From Deltaproteobacteria bacterium (lineage in GTDB: Bacteria > Myxococcota > Kuafuiibacteriia > Kuafuiibacteriales > Kuafuiibacteriaceae), in the NCBI GenBank assembly GCA_040218735.1, contig JAVJQW010000008.1, forward strand, positions 416,001 through 480,000: a DNA stretch of 64,000 nt, given 5' to 3'. A program made the position numbers and the translations under genes. The notes under the pieces are model-generated. The model was given only the letters and a program-made list of their open reading frames with translations. It did no database searches and was not told where the DNA came from. This document shows, piece by piece, positions 1 through 9,703 of this stretch; the first letter of the stretch is position 1, and every line of letters starts with the position of its first letter.

Positions 1-52
1 GCGGACGCAACGAAATCCGCGCCACGGCGGGCGGACGCAATGAAATCCGCCC
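1..52 (+). repeat. 30-bp-period in-frame tandem repeat (GCGGACGCAAYGAAATCCGC), at least 2 copies
   Basis: Positions 1-20 and 31-50 differ by 1 base; may continue upstream of the window. Confidence 0.7.
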
Positions 53-459
53 CGTCCGCGCCCCCCCGCAAGCTCGTCACCGTCGCGCGCGACCCCGACA
101 CCGCCTTCGTCTACTGGTCTTGCCCCGCAGACGAGGGCGAGGCCCGCCTCGTCTGGCGCGCCGGCGCGCGCACCGTGCGCGTCGAGCGCGTCGACGCCAC
201 CGCCGGGAAGCGTTACCTCCCCTTCGTCGCGCCCGACGAACCGCACGCCGCCACGCTCGAGCTCGACGGCGTCGAACTGCGCTCCAACGCGGCGCGTCCG
301 CCCGAGGCTGCACCGCGCGCCGCGGGGCCGGCGGTGTTCATTCACCCGGCCGACCCCGAGCGCCGCGCGCTCGCCGAACGGCAGCGTCGCCAGCGCGAAC
401 AGCTCGTGCGCCCGACACACCCCCGCCCCGAGCACGTGTCGTCGTCGCGGCTCGGGTAG
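1..459 (+). CDS. DUF4912-family protein, probably 5'-truncated by the window edge
   Basis: 'KLVTVARDPDTAFVYW' and 'RSN' motifs typical of DUF4912; usual neighbour of GH57 genes. The frame is open from position 1 (ADATKSAPRR-ADAMKSAP), so the ATG at 40 may be internal. Confidence 0.7.
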   Translation, partial: ADATKSAPRRADAMKSAPSAPPRKLVTVARDPDTAFVYWSCPADEGEARLVWRAGARTVRVERVDATAGKRYLPFVAPDEPHAATLELDGVELRSNAARPPEAAPRAAGPAVFIHPADPERRALAERQRRQREQLVRPTHPRPEHVSSSRLG

Positions 460-465
460 CGGGCC

Positions 466-2046
466 GTGTCGCCACCGTCACGCCCGGGCCGACTCGTCCT
501 CTTCCTGCACGCGCACCTCCCCTACGTTCGTCACGTCGATCGCGAAAACGCACTGGAAGAGGACTGGCTCTTCGAAGCCATCACCGACGTCTACCTCCCG
601 CTCTGCCGGCTCCTCGATCGCTGGAACGCCGACCGCGTCCCCGTTCGCATCGCGCTCTCCGTCAGTCCGACGCTCACCGCGATGCTTCGGGACCGCCTCC
701 TCCTCCAACGCTACGCGAAGCGACTCGAAGACCTCCTCGCCTTCGCCCGACGTGAGCGCAGGCGAACCAGCGACGGCCCCCTCGCCCCCCTCGCGGAATC
801 CAACGCGCACCGGTTCGAAGCCGCCTGCACCGACTTCTTCGAAACCTACGACGGCGACCTCGTCGAAGCCTTCGCCCGAGCCCAGCGACGCGGCCAGCTC
901 GAGCTCTGCACCACCGCCGCGACCCACGCCTTCCTCCCGCACCACGCGCTCCACCCCGAGCTCGTCCACGCCCAGCTCGCCGTCGCGATTCGCAGCCACC
1001 ACACCGCCTTCGGCGCCGCGCCCCACGGCATCTGGCTCCCCGAGTGCGGCTACGTCCCCGGCCTCGACGAACACCTCGCCGACGTCGGCCTCGCTTACTT
1101 CGTGATGGACACCCACGGTGTCACGAACGCCGACCCGCCCCCAGTGTTCGGCCACTACGCGCCCGTCGTGTGCGCGAGCGGTGTCGTCGCCTTCCCGCGC
1201 GACCCGGCGGCCTCGGCCGCGGTGTGGAGCGATCGACACGGCTACCCCGGCGCGCCCGAGTACCAAGAACGTCACCGAGACGCCGGCTTCGACCTCGACG
1301 CCGAAGCGCTCGGACCGCTGCTCCTCGACGGCGGTCAGCGACGGTCGGTCGGCATCAAGTACCACCGCATCACCGGTCGCGACGTGCCCCTCGGCGACAA
1401 GGCGCTCTACGATCCCGCCGCCGCCGCCGCTCGCATCCACGCTGACGCCGAGCACTTCGTTCGCACGCGGATCGACGACGCGGTCCACTTCGCCCGCACG
1501 CGCGATCGCCCCGCGGTCCTCGTCGCACCCTTCGACGCCGAGCTGTTCGGTCACTGGTGGTTCGAAGGCCCGGCGTTCCTCGACGCCGTCGTCCGCAATG
1601 TCGCCAACACCGACGCCATCGCGCTCGCCACGCCACGCGACGTGCTCGACGCCGGCGAACGCTTCCAACTCACCGCGCCGGCCCACAGCTCATGGGGCGC
1701 GGGCGGCTACGGGTGGACCTGGCTCAACGAGACCACCGACTGGATCCTCCCCCGACTCCACGCGGCGACGGAGCGGCTCTGGTCGAAGCTCCCCGCGAGC
1801 CCGCAAGATCAACGCGCGCTCCGCCAAGCCGCGCGCGAGCTCCTGCTCGCCTGCGCGAGCGACTGGCCATTCATCCTGACCAACGACTCCGTCGTCGAGT
1901 ACGCCACCGCGCGCGTGAGGCAGCACCTCGACGACTTCCAACGCCTCACGCGTACCATCGACGAACCCACGCTCGCCGCCCTCGAGCGCGCCCACCCGAT
2001 CTTTCCCGGTCTGCAGCTCGCCGACCTGTCCCCGGAGGACTCATGA
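466..2046 (+). CDS. GH57 1,4-alpha-glucan branching enzyme (DUF1957 C-terminus)
   Basis: LHAHLPYVRH, EDWLFEAI, GIWLPECGY (nucleophile), PFDAELFGHWWFEGP (acid/base), QAARELLLACASDWPF. Confidence 0.93.
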   Translation: MSPPSRPGRLVLFLHAHLPYVRHVDRENALEEDWLFEAITDVYLPLCRLLDRWNADRVPVRIALSVSPTLTAMLRDRLLLQRYAKRLEDLLAFARRERRRTSDGPLAPLAESNAHRFEAACTDFFETYDGDLVEAFARAQRRGQLELCTTAATHAFLPHHALHPELVHAQLAVAIRSHHTAFGAAPHGIWLPECGYVPGLDEHLADVGLAYFVMDTHGVTNADPPPVFGHYAPVVCASGVVAFPRDPAASAAVWSDRHGYPGAPEYQERHRDAGFDLDAEALGPLLLDGGQRRSVGIKYHRITGRDVPLGDKALYDPAAAAARIHADAEHFVRTRIDDAVHFARTRDRPAVLVAPFDAELFGHWWFEGPAFLDAVVRNVANTDAIALATPRDVLDAGERFQLTAPAHSSWGAGGYGWTWLNETTDWILPRLHAATERLWSKLPASPQDQRALRQAARELLLACASDWPFILTNDSVVEYATARVRQHLDDFQRLTRTIDEPTLAALERAHPIFPGLQLADLSPEDS

Positions 2047-2894
2047 AGCTCGCCCACTTCTCCGACATCCACGTCACCCTCCCGCCCTGGCGCGGCGGCG
2101 TCGCGGGGCTCGTCGGCAAACGTGTGATGGGCGCGCTGAACTACTACGTCGGCGGTCGCCGCAGCCACTTCGCGAACGTGGAGCACCGCATCCAACGGCT
2201 GCTCGAAGACGTCGATGCGCAGGACGTCGACCATGCGCTCTGCACCGGCGACGTCACCCAGATGAGTCGCTCCGAAGAGTTCGAACGTTGCGCCGCGCTC
2301 TTCGGCGATCGCCTCGACGCCCCCGATCGCTACACCGTCATTCCGGGCAATCACGACCGGTACACCCCCACCGCCGATCGCGAGCGACGCTTCGAACGTC
2401 ACTTCCGCGCCGTCGCGCCCGACGCCTATCCGCACGTCAAACGCCTCGGCTCGCTCACGATCGTCACGATCGACGTCGCGCGCGCCGCCGGGTTGCTCGA
2501 CTCCTCCGGCCTCGCCGGCCCCGAGCAGCTCGCCGCGCTCCAAGAGATCCTCACGACCCCCACAGACGCCTTCGTCGTCCTCGCCATGCACTACGGCCTC
2601 CTCCGCAGCCGCGGGCAGCCGGACCGACCCAGCCACGGCATCCGCGACTACGAGCGCATCATCGAGCTCGTCCGCTCCCCCGACACCCACGTGCACGCGG
2701 TGCTCCACGGCCACATGCACGACGCCTACCGCGTCGACGTCGGCGACGTCCCCGAGCTGTGCGCAGGCAGCGCCACGGACGTCTACCGGCGCTGCGGCTA
2801 CAACGTGTACACGATCGACCCGGCCGCGAAGACCCTCCACGCGGAGCGCCGGGTCTGGGACGGCGACCAGGACCGCTACGTCGCCGAGGGATGA
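2043..2894 (+). CDS. Calcineurin-like metallophosphoesterase
   Basis: SDIH, TGDVT, PGNHD and HGHMH motifs; ATGA overlap with the GH57 stop. Confidence 0.88.
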   Translation: MKLAHFSDIHVTLPPWRGGVAGLVGKRVMGALNYYVGGRRSHFANVEHRIQRLLEDVDAQDVDHALCTGDVTQMSRSEEFERCAALFGDRLDAPDRYTVIPGNHDRYTPTADRERRFERHFRAVAPDAYPHVKRLGSLTIVTIDVARAAGLLDSSGLAGPEQLAALQEILTTPTDAFVVLAMHYGLLRSRGQPDRPSHGIRDYERIIELVRSPDTHVHAVLHGHMHDAYRVDVGDVPELCAGSATDVYRRCGYNVYTIDPAAKTLHAERRVWDGDQDRYVAEG

Positions 2895-2925
2895 AATCCA
2901 CCGGCCGGTCGAGTAGACCGAAGGG

Positions 2926-3852
2926 GTGGAACTGAAGCAGCTCGAGTATCTCGTCGCGGTCGCGGAGCACGGCAGCATGAGCAAGGCCGCGCGTGAGCTG
3001 CGCGCCAGTCAGCCCACGCTCAGCGTCGCGATCAAGAACCTCGAAGAAGAGCTCAACACCACGCTGCTCCACCGCGACAGTCGCGGCGTGTCACTCACCG
3101 CCGCCGGTCGCAAGCTGCGCGACGCTTCGCAGGAGGTCACCGAGATCCTCGAGCGGGCGCGCGCGCAGATCATGGACCTCGAGGAGGAGGTCGTCGGCGA
3201 CTTCACGATCGGCTGCAACGAAGCGCTCGGCGCCTACTTCCTCCCCGGCTTCATGCAGGGCTTCATCGAGCGCGCGCCGCGCGTGCAGCTCAAGCTCTGG
3301 AACGGCACGTCCGCCGCCGCGCGCCAGGCCGTCATCGATCGCACGATCGACTTCGGCGTCGTCGTGAACCCGGAGCCGCACCCCGACCTCGTCATGGTGA
3401 AGCTCTTCCACGACGGCATCGAAGTCTTCGTCGCGGTCGACGAGCCCCTCCCGCGCACTCGCATCGAAGCGATGATCCGCCTCAAGCGCGGCCCGCTGAT
3501 CTGCGCCCGTCGCATCGGCCCGGTGCGCGAGCTCCTCGCGCGCTTCGACGCCGACGACGCCCTCCCGGATCGCATCCTCGACTGCGGTGATCTGCAGCTC
3601 GTCCGCCAGCTCACCGTCGCGGGTCTCGGCGTCGCGCTCCTCCCGCGTCGCGTCGCGCAGATCTACGCCGGCGAGCTCGTGCAGCTGCACCGTGAGCTCC
3701 CCGGCTTCCCGGACACGATCTGTTTGTTGTATCGCGCGGATCTCCACCGCACGCAGGGCGCGATGGTGCTGAAGGACGCGTTGGTGGAGTACGGTCGCGA
3801 GCTACAGTCCAGCGACCCGAACGAGGACTCGATCCTGCCCCCGCAGATGTGA
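2926..3852 (+). CDS. LysR-family transcriptional regulator
   Basis: N-terminal HTH (QLEYLVAVAEHGSMSKAARELRASQPTLSVAIKNLEEEL) plus substrate-binding domain. Confidence 0.93.
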   Translation: MELKQLEYLVAVAEHGSMSKAARELRASQPTLSVAIKNLEEELNTTLLHRDSRGVSLTAAGRKLRDASQEVTEILERARAQIMDLEEEVVGDFTIGCNEALGAYFLPGFMQGFIERAPRVQLKLWNGTSAAARQAVIDRTIDFGVVVNPEPHPDLVMVKLFHDGIEVFVAVDEPLPRTRIEAMIRLKRGPLICARRIGPVRELLARFDADDALPDRILDCGDLQLVRQLTVAGLGVALLPRRVAQIYAGELVQLHRELPGFPDTICLLYRADLHRTQGAMVLKDALVEYGRELQSSDPNEDSILPPQM

Positions 3853-3853
3853 A

Positions 3854-4423
3854 TCAGCCGAAGAGGTTGAACCAGGCCATCGGCCCGAGCGCGAGGTTCG
3901 TCAGGAAGTTGCCGACCTGGAAGCCCGAGTTGTAGTCGCGCTGCTGCTGCATCGCGTACGACTGCTGCGCGGCGTACGCCTGGCTCGCGTAGGACTGACC
4001 GGCCGCGTACCCCTGCAGGTAGCTCGTCAGGTAACCCGCCGGGTTCATCATGTCGTTCCAGGAGCCGCCGGGGACCGACATGTTCGCGCCGTTGACGCGG
4101 TTGCGGACGAAGGCGTCGTTGCGGCCGCCGTCGGTGCGGATCTCGGCGGTGCTGCCGTTGAGGATGTTCTGGTAGCGGACGACGCCGTCCCGCTGGTTGC
4201 CGTCGACCAGCTCGACCCAGCCCGGACCCTGGAGGTCGACCGAGTCGTCACGCCCGAGGTTGTTGACCTGCGTGTTGTTCTGGAAGCCGCCGACGCTGAA
4301 GTTGTTGCGTCCGCGGTCGCCGACGAAGCGCGTGTTGTTGAACGCGCCACCGACCGAGTTGTTGGTCGTCCCGCGCGTGTCTCGAATGGTCCGCGTGTTT
4401 CCGATGCCGTTCACGTTTGCCAT
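3854..4423 (-). CDS. Hypothetical N/G/Q/Y-rich low-complexity protein
   Basis: 189-aa ORF with strongly GC3-biased codons and purine-rich SD-like upstream sequence (GGAGAG...GGGAG). Confidence 0.8.
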   Translation of the reverse strand: MANVNGIGNTRTIRDTRGTTNNSVGGAFNNTRFVGDRGRNNFSVGGFQNNTQVNNLGRDDSVDLQGPGWVELVDGNQRDGVVRYQNILNGSTAEIRTDGGRNDAFVRNRVNGANMSVPGGSWNDMMNPAGYLTSYLQGYAAGQSYASQAYAAQQSYAMQQQRDYNSGFQVGNFLTNLALGPMAWFNLFG

Positions 4424-4578
4424 GCGTCTTCTCCCGACCGCTCTCCTGAGCAGTTATGAAAGTTGTCGGCTGAACCCGACTGACGGTGCGTGTTTCGACA
4501 TACATTTTTAGCAGGTCGCGTACCAACCCACAACGCACCCATAATACTACATGTATTGATATGTGTGACCGGGTGATC

Positions 4579-5064
4579 CTAGGGCCGACGGTCGAAGCGG
4601 AGCACCGTCGACACCCGCGGGTCCTGGAACGTGGACGTACGCAGCGCGAGGCCCCCTTCCACGCAGAACTCCGCGGTCGCGTGGAGTTGGGTCGGGCGCG
4701 TCCCGTCGCAGGGGATCGCGTCGCCTTCGGCCGAGGAGTCGCCGAAGCAGATCGTCGACCCCTGCACTCGGTAGAACCCGCCGTACACCGCGGTGAACCC
4801 GCAGGCCTCCGAGGCGCCCCCGGTCTTCTTCCAGGCCTGGATGTCGAGGTTGATCGAGTAGCGGCCGTTCGGGTTGAAGAAGACCGTGCCGCTGACCCCG
4901 CCGGTGCACCCGTCGGGCTGCGCCGCCTCGAACTCCGCCGCGACGAGGTCCCACCCCGCGACGGGGTCGCCGCCGCACGCTTCGAAGCCGGCGTCGTCGT
5001 CTCCGCCGCAGGCCGCGAGGGCGAATGTGATCGAGAGGAGGGAGGTACGGGCGATCCGGTTCAC
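4579..5064 (-). CDS. Hypothetical Cys-containing lipoprotein
   Basis: GTG start overlaps the kinase stop (GTGA); signal peptide with lipobox LAAC, then GGDDD. Confidence 0.75.
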   Translation of the reverse strand: MNRIARTSLLSITFALAACGGDDDAGFEACGGDPVAGWDLVAAEFEAAQPDGCTGGVSGTVFFNPNGRYSINLDIQAWKKTGGASEACGFTAVYGGFYRVQGSTICFGDSSAEGDAIPCDGTRPTQLHATAEFCVEGGLALRTSTFQDPRVSTVLRFDRRP

Positions 5065-6071
5065 GTCGACCGCGCCGGTAGCGTGAAGGACACGCGAAGG
5101 CCAGTACCTTCGTCGCGGCCGTCCAGCCGGATCGAGCCGCCGTGCCGCTCCACGATTCGCCGGCAGAGCGCCAGGCCGACGCCGGTGCCCGTCCCCACGC
5201 GTGGTTGCAGGCGCTTGAAGATCTGCAGCATCCGCTGGTGCTGCTCGGGCTCCAGGCCGATCCCGTTGTCCGTCACCGCGAAGGTGCGCCACCCGTTCGT
5301 CGCCTCGCTCGTGATGTGCACTTCGGGTGGCGCGTCGGACTTGAACTGAATCGCGTTGTCGATCAGCTGAACGAACAGCTCGACGATCTGGTGGAAGTCC
5401 GCGAACGCCTCGCCGAGCTCGTCCGCCGTGACCTTCGCGCCGGCCTCTTGGATTCGTTCTTGGAGCTGCTCACACGCCGCGTCGACGGCCTTGTTCATCT
5501 CGAACTGCTCGGGCGCGTTGCCGCGGGTGTTGATCCGCGAGTACCGCAGCAGATCCTTCAGCTGCTGGCGCATCCTCGATGCGCCCTGACTCGCGAACTG
5601 GATGTACGTCTTCGCTTCGCCGTCGAGGGCGTCGCCGTAGTCTTCTTCCAGCAGCTGCGTGAAGCTCGTGACCATCCGCAGCGGTTCGTTCAGATCGTGG
5701 CTCACCACGTAGACGAACTCTTCGAGCTGGCGGTTCTTGCGGTCGAGGGCGTCGAGCCGCCGAAGAATCGGTGCGGGCGCCGCGGCCAGCAGCGTGATGG
5801 TGCCGTCTTCGTTCGGGTTCGCGAGCCACTCGAAGCTCGCCGACTCCGGTCCGATCACCGCGTGGACGATCGTCTCCGGTCCGTCGAGGTCGGACAGCTG
5901 CGCTTCGGTCTCCGCGTAGCAGTCCTCACGAACGATATCGAGGAAGGAGGTGACGTCGCCGAAGCGCTTCTGAAACGACGCGTTCGACCAGACCACCCGC
6001 GACCCGCGGACCTTCACGGTGCACGCGGGCTGATCCAAGAGCTCTAGGGCTTCGGTAACCTTTTCGTTCAA
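5061..6071 (-). CDS. Cytoplasmic sensor histidine kinase (PAS-like N-terminus)
   Basis: H-box SHDLNEPLR, N-box LIDNAIQF, G1 DNGIG, G2 GTGVGLA. Confidence 0.92.
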   Translation of the reverse strand: MNEKVTEALELLDQPACTVKVRGSRVVWSNASFQKRFGDVTSFLDIVREDCYAETEAQLSDLDGPETIVHAVIGPESASFEWLANPNEDGTITLLAAAPAPILRRLDALDRKNRQLEEFVYVVSHDLNEPLRMVTSFTQLLEEDYGDALDGEAKTYIQFASQGASRMRQQLKDLLRYSRINTRGNAPEQFEMNKAVDAACEQLQERIQEAGAKVTADELGEAFADFHQIVELFVQLIDNAIQFKSDAPPEVHITSEATNGWRTFAVTDNGIGLEPEQHQRMLQIFKRLQPRVGTGTGVGLALCRRIVERHGGSIRLDGRDEGTGLRVSFTLPARST

Positions 6072-6107
6072 TCAGGCGCCCCCCCGAGCGCTGGGAGCCG
6101 TCGCCCC

Positions 6108-7694
6108 CTACAACGGCTCGATGTCGTGAAGTATCAACCCTTCCGCGTTCTGCAGAGCGTAGTTGATGCCCCACTCGGAGTCGGTGAGCAACACGGGCAG
6201 ACCGTTTCGGTCTTCCAACACGGTAAAGCTGCTCGACCCTTCCAACCACTTCTTCGCTTCCGGCTTGCCGTCGATCCACCGCGCGAATCGAAACGACGCG
6301 GACGCCAGATCGGCCTTCACGTTGTATTCGGCTTCCAACCTTGCACGCAGAACTTCGAACTGAAGCACACCGACGGCGCCGAGGTACGGGTTCTGCCGAT
6401 CACGGGGCCGAAAGAACAGCTGAATCACACCCTCGTGGGCGAGCTGCTCGAGCCCGGTATCCAGCTGCTTCCGCTTCAGCGGATCCTTGAGCACCAACCG
6501 CCCGAAATGTTCGGGGGCGAACCGCGGGATGCCGGCGAACGCGAGCCGCCCCTTCGCCGACACGGTGTCGCCGACGCGCAGCTTGCCGCTGTCGTAGATG
6601 CCGACGATGTCGCCCGGATACGCGTGGTCGACGACCGACCGCTCCTGCGCGAGGAACGACTGCGGGCGCGCCATGCGCATCGTTTGCCCGCTCCGGCCGA
6701 TCGTCACGTCCATGTCGCGCTCGAACGTCCCGCTCACCACGCGCATGAACGCGATGCGGTCGCGGTGCTTCGGGTTCATGTTCGCCTGGATCTTGAAGAC
6801 GAACCCGGAGAAGCGCGGGTCCGATGGCGGGATCGACTCGCCGTCCTCCAGCGTACGCGGCGATGGCGGCGCCGCGTTCTGCGCGAGGAACTCGAGGAGC
6901 CGCTCGACGCCGAAGTTCGTCATCGCCGAACCCCAGAACAGCGGCGACAGCTCCCCCGCGAGGAATGCGTCGTGGTCGTACTGCTCGCCCGCTTCGGTGA
7001 CGAGCTCGAGGTCTTCCTCCGCCTTGTCGAACAACGCGCCGGCGAACCGCGACTTCGCTTCGTCCCAGCTGATGGTCTCGGTGTGGAGGATCTTCGTGCC
7101 GTGCGCTTCCGCGTCGAAGAGCGTGACCTCGCGTGTCTTCACGTCGACCACACCCTTGAAGTCGCGCCCCATACCGAGGGGCCAGTTGATCGGCGCGACG
7201 CGCAGGTCGAGGGACTCGGAGACGTCGTCGACCAGCGCGAGCGGATCGAGCCCCGCGCGGTCGAGTTTGTTCATGAACGTGACGACCGGGACCTTCCGCA
7301 TCCGGCACACGTCGAAGAGCTTCTTCGTCCGCGGCTCGACGCCCTTGGAGTGGTCCATCAACATCACCGCGGAGTCGACGGCGGCGAGCGTTCGGAAGGT
7401 GTCCTCGGAGAAGTCGGCGTGGCCGGGGGTGTCGAGGAGGTTCAGCATCTTGCCGAGGTGCTGAAACTGCAGCACCGACGACGTCACGGAGATGCCGCGC
7501 TCCTGCTCCATCTGCATCCAGTCCGACACCGCGTGGCGCGACGCCTTGCGCGCCTTCACCGAGCCCGCGAGGTGGATCGCCTTGGCGTACAGGAGGAGCT
7601 TCTCGGTGAGCGTCGTCTTACCGGCGTCCGGGTGGGAGATGATCGCAAACGTGCGACGTCGCTTGGCTTCCTGGGCGAGCGTCTTCTCCGACAT
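6108..7694 (-). CDS. prfC: Peptide chain release factor 3
   Basis: RRTFAIISHPDAGKTTLTEKLLL, DTPGHADFSEDT, FKIQANMNPKHRDRIAF, GAVGVLQFEV. Confidence 0.97.
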   Translation of the reverse strand: MSEKTLAQEAKRRRTFAIISHPDAGKTTLTEKLLLYAKAIHLAGSVKARKASRHAVSDWMQMEQERGISVTSSVLQFQHLGKMLNLLDTPGHADFSEDTFRTLAAVDSAVMLMDHSKGVEPRTKKLFDVCRMRKVPVVTFMNKLDRAGLDPLALVDDVSESLDLRVAPINWPLGMGRDFKGVVDVKTREVTLFDAEAHGTKILHTETISWDEAKSRFAGALFDKAEEDLELVTEAGEQYDHDAFLAGELSPLFWGSAMTNFGVERLLEFLAQNAAPPSPRTLEDGESIPPSDPRFSGFVFKIQANMNPKHRDRIAFMRVVSGTFERDMDVTIGRSGQTMRMARPQSFLAQERSVVDHAYPGDIVGIYDSGKLRVGDTVSAKGRLAFAGIPRFAPEHFGRLVLKDPLKRKQLDTGLEQLAHEGVIQLFFRPRDRQNPYLGAVGVLQFEVLRARLEAEYNVKADLASASFRFARWIDGKPEAKKWLEGSSSFTVLEDRNGLPVLLTDSEWGINYALQNAEGLILHDIEPL

Positions 7695-7709
7695 GGCCGC
7701 CGCCGTCTA

Positions 7710-8198
7710 TCACGCGCGGGCCCGGGCTCCACAGCACTTCTTGTACTTCTTGCCGCTCCCGCAGGGACACGGGTCGTTTCGACCCACCTTGGGCGCCGAG
7801 CGCTTCACCGGCTCCGCCACCATGCGTCCGTCGTCGTAGTACCAGCGCCCCGCGATGCGCACGAACCGCGACCGCTCGTGGTGCGTGATCGTGGTGCCGT
7901 CCTGGGTGTACCGCGCGCGGAACTCGACGATGCCTTCGTCGTCATCGACGTCCTCCGTCTCGACGACCTCCAGGCCGACCCACTGTGCGTTCTTCGACCA
8001 GGTCGCCGCCGCGTCGCGGTCCCACTGCTCGCGTTTGTCGGGGTGGTGGGTCTCGCCGATGTAGTCGACCGCGCCTTCGACGTAGGCCGCGTAGCGCGAC
8101 CGCATCAACGCCTCCGCCGTGGGCGCGTTCTCGACGCCGGTCACGTAGCGTCCGCAGCAGGTTTCGTAGGCGCCCTCGAGTCCGCAGTGGCAAGGCAT
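7710..8198 (-). CDS. YchJ-family protein with SEC-C motifs
   Basis: CHCG...[40 protein letters not shown]. Confidence 0.92.
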   Translation of the reverse strand: MPCHCGLEGAYETCCGRYVTGVENAPTAEALMRSRYAAYVEGAVDYIGETHHPDKREQWDRDAAATWSKNAQWVGLEVVETEDVDDDEGIVEFRARYTQDGTTITHHERSRFVRIAGRWYYDDGRMVAEPVKRSAPKVGRNDPCPCGSGKKYKKCCGARARA

Positions 8199-8268
8199 GG
8201 GCCCTCGATACCACAGGTTCGCCGTGGTTTGACCGGGCGTCCGCTGTGAGCAATCTTGTCGAACTACC

Positions 8269-8772
8269 GTGACCATGACCGGCGCCGATCTCATCACGCT
8301 CGCTTGGCTGATCGTCGGTCTGATCCTCATCGGTGGGGAAGTCATCATCCCCGGGCTCGTCGCCGTCTTCCTCGGCGCCGCGGCCGTCCTGGTCGCCGGC
8401 CTGCGCTACGTCGGTCTGATCGACAGCCTGGTCGCCTCGCTCTTCGTGTGGATGGGCGCGTCCGTCGGCCTCACGTTCACGCTGCGGGGCTGGATGAAGA
8501 AGTACCTCCCGGCCGAGTCCAAACGCGGACAAATCAACGAAGGAATCACATCGATCGGTGAAGTCGTCGAAGTCCTCGTCGACGTCACCGAACGGGATGC
8601 GTCCGGGCGCATCCGCTACCAGGGCACCACGTGGCCGGCGACCAGCACCGACCGCGTGATCCCGAAAGGCGCGCGAGCCCGCCTCGTCGCGCGCGACAAC
8701 CTCGCCTGGATCGTCGAGCCCCTCGGTGAGCTCGAAGCAGGCGACGAGGATGGAGAAGAACCATGGGCGTAG
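8269..8772 (+). CDS. NfeD-family membrane protein
   Basis: Three hydrophobic helices, then OB-fold-like [12 protein letters not shown]; directly upstream of SPFH genes. Confidence 0.85.
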   Translation: MTMTGADLITLAWLIVGLILIGGEVIIPGLVAVFLGAAAVLVAGLRYVGLIDSLVASLFVWMGASVGLTFTLRGWMKKYLPAESKRGQINEGITSIGEVVEVLVDVTERDASGRIRYQGTTWPATSTDRVIPKGARARLVARDNLAWIVEPLGELEAGDEDGEEPWA

Positions 8773-9701
8773 GAACCACCGTCGCCACGACATTCGTCGT
8801 GGGACTCATCTTCCTGATCGTGAAGACCTTCCGCATCATTCCGACGCGGCACCACGTGGTGAAGGAGCGGCTCGGCAAGTTCGCCGGGGTGCTCCAGCCC
8901 GGGTTCCACTTCTTCGTCCCGTTCATCGACCGTGCGTCGTACACGCAGGAGATGCGGGAGCAGGCGTTGGACATCCCCCCGCAGAGCTGCATCACGCGCG
9001 ACAACATCCAGGTGGAGGTCGACGGGATCGTCTACCTCAAGGTGATGGACGCGAAGAAGGCGTCGTACGGCATCGCGGACTACCGACAGGCGTCGGTGAA
9101 CCTCGCGCAGACGACGATGCGTTCGGAGATCGGCAAGCTCGATCTCGACGACACGTTCTCCGAGCGCGACCGCATCAACGAGAACATCGTGCGCGAGATC
9201 GACAAGGCGAGCGACCCGTGGGGGATCAAGATGATCCGCTACGAGATTCGCAACATCACGCCGTCGCACCGCGTGATCGACACGATGGAGAAGCAGATGG
9301 AAGCGGAGCGTGCGAAGCGCGCCGCGATCACCGTGTCGACCGGTAAGAAGGAGTCGAACATCCTGGTGTCCGAGGGTGAGCGTCAGGAGGCGATCAACCT
9401 CTCCGAGGGCTCGCGTCAGAAGCGCATCAACGAGGCGCAGGGGCAGGCCGAGGAGATCCGCCTCGTCGCCGAGGCGAAGGCGCGGGGCGTCGACATGGTC
9501 GCCGCCGCGATCCGCAAGCCGGGCGGCGAGCTCGCGGTGAAGACGCAGCTGGTCGAGCAGTACCTCGAGCAGTTCGGTCAGATCCTCTCGAAGGCGAACG
9601 TGTCGGTGGTGCCGTCACACGTCGCGAACATCCGCGGCGTCATGGACGGGATCTCGCACATCGCGGCCGGCGTGAACGGAACGAACGGAAAGGGGCGCTG
9701 A
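8763..9701 (+). CDS. SPFH/band-7 (paraslipin-like) protein
   Basis: ERLGKF, QSCITRDNIQVEVDG, LAQTTMRSEIG, MEKQMEAERAKRA. Confidence 0.93.
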   Translation: MGVGTTVATTFVVGLIFLIVKTFRIIPTRHHVVKERLGKFAGVLQPGFHFFVPFIDRASYTQEMREQALDIPPQSCITRDNIQVEVDGIVYLKVMDAKKASYGIADYRQASVNLAQTTMRSEIGKLDLDDTFSERDRINENIVREIDKASDPWGIKMIRYEIRNITPSHRVIDTMEKQMEAERAKRAAITVSTGKKESNILVSEGERQEAINLSEGSRQKRINEAQGQAEEIRLVAEAKARGVDMVAAAIRKPGGELAVKTQLVEQYLEQFGQILSKANVSVVPSHVANIRGVMDGISHIAAGVNGTNGKGR

Positions 9702-9703
9702 AC

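Noticed and set aside
4530-4570. AT-rich stretch as a dif site
   Set aside because: The left part (GCACCCATAA) loosely resembles an XerC arm, but no TTATGTTAAA-like XerD arm follows at 6-bp spacing.
6126-8249. Long antisense or alternative-frame ORFs (6126-8249, 38429-40336, 40024-42180, 53655-56261, 61605-63338 and others)
   Set aside because: Shadow ORFs expected at high GC; they overlap motif-supported genes and give Arg/Ala/Pro-rich translations without motifs.
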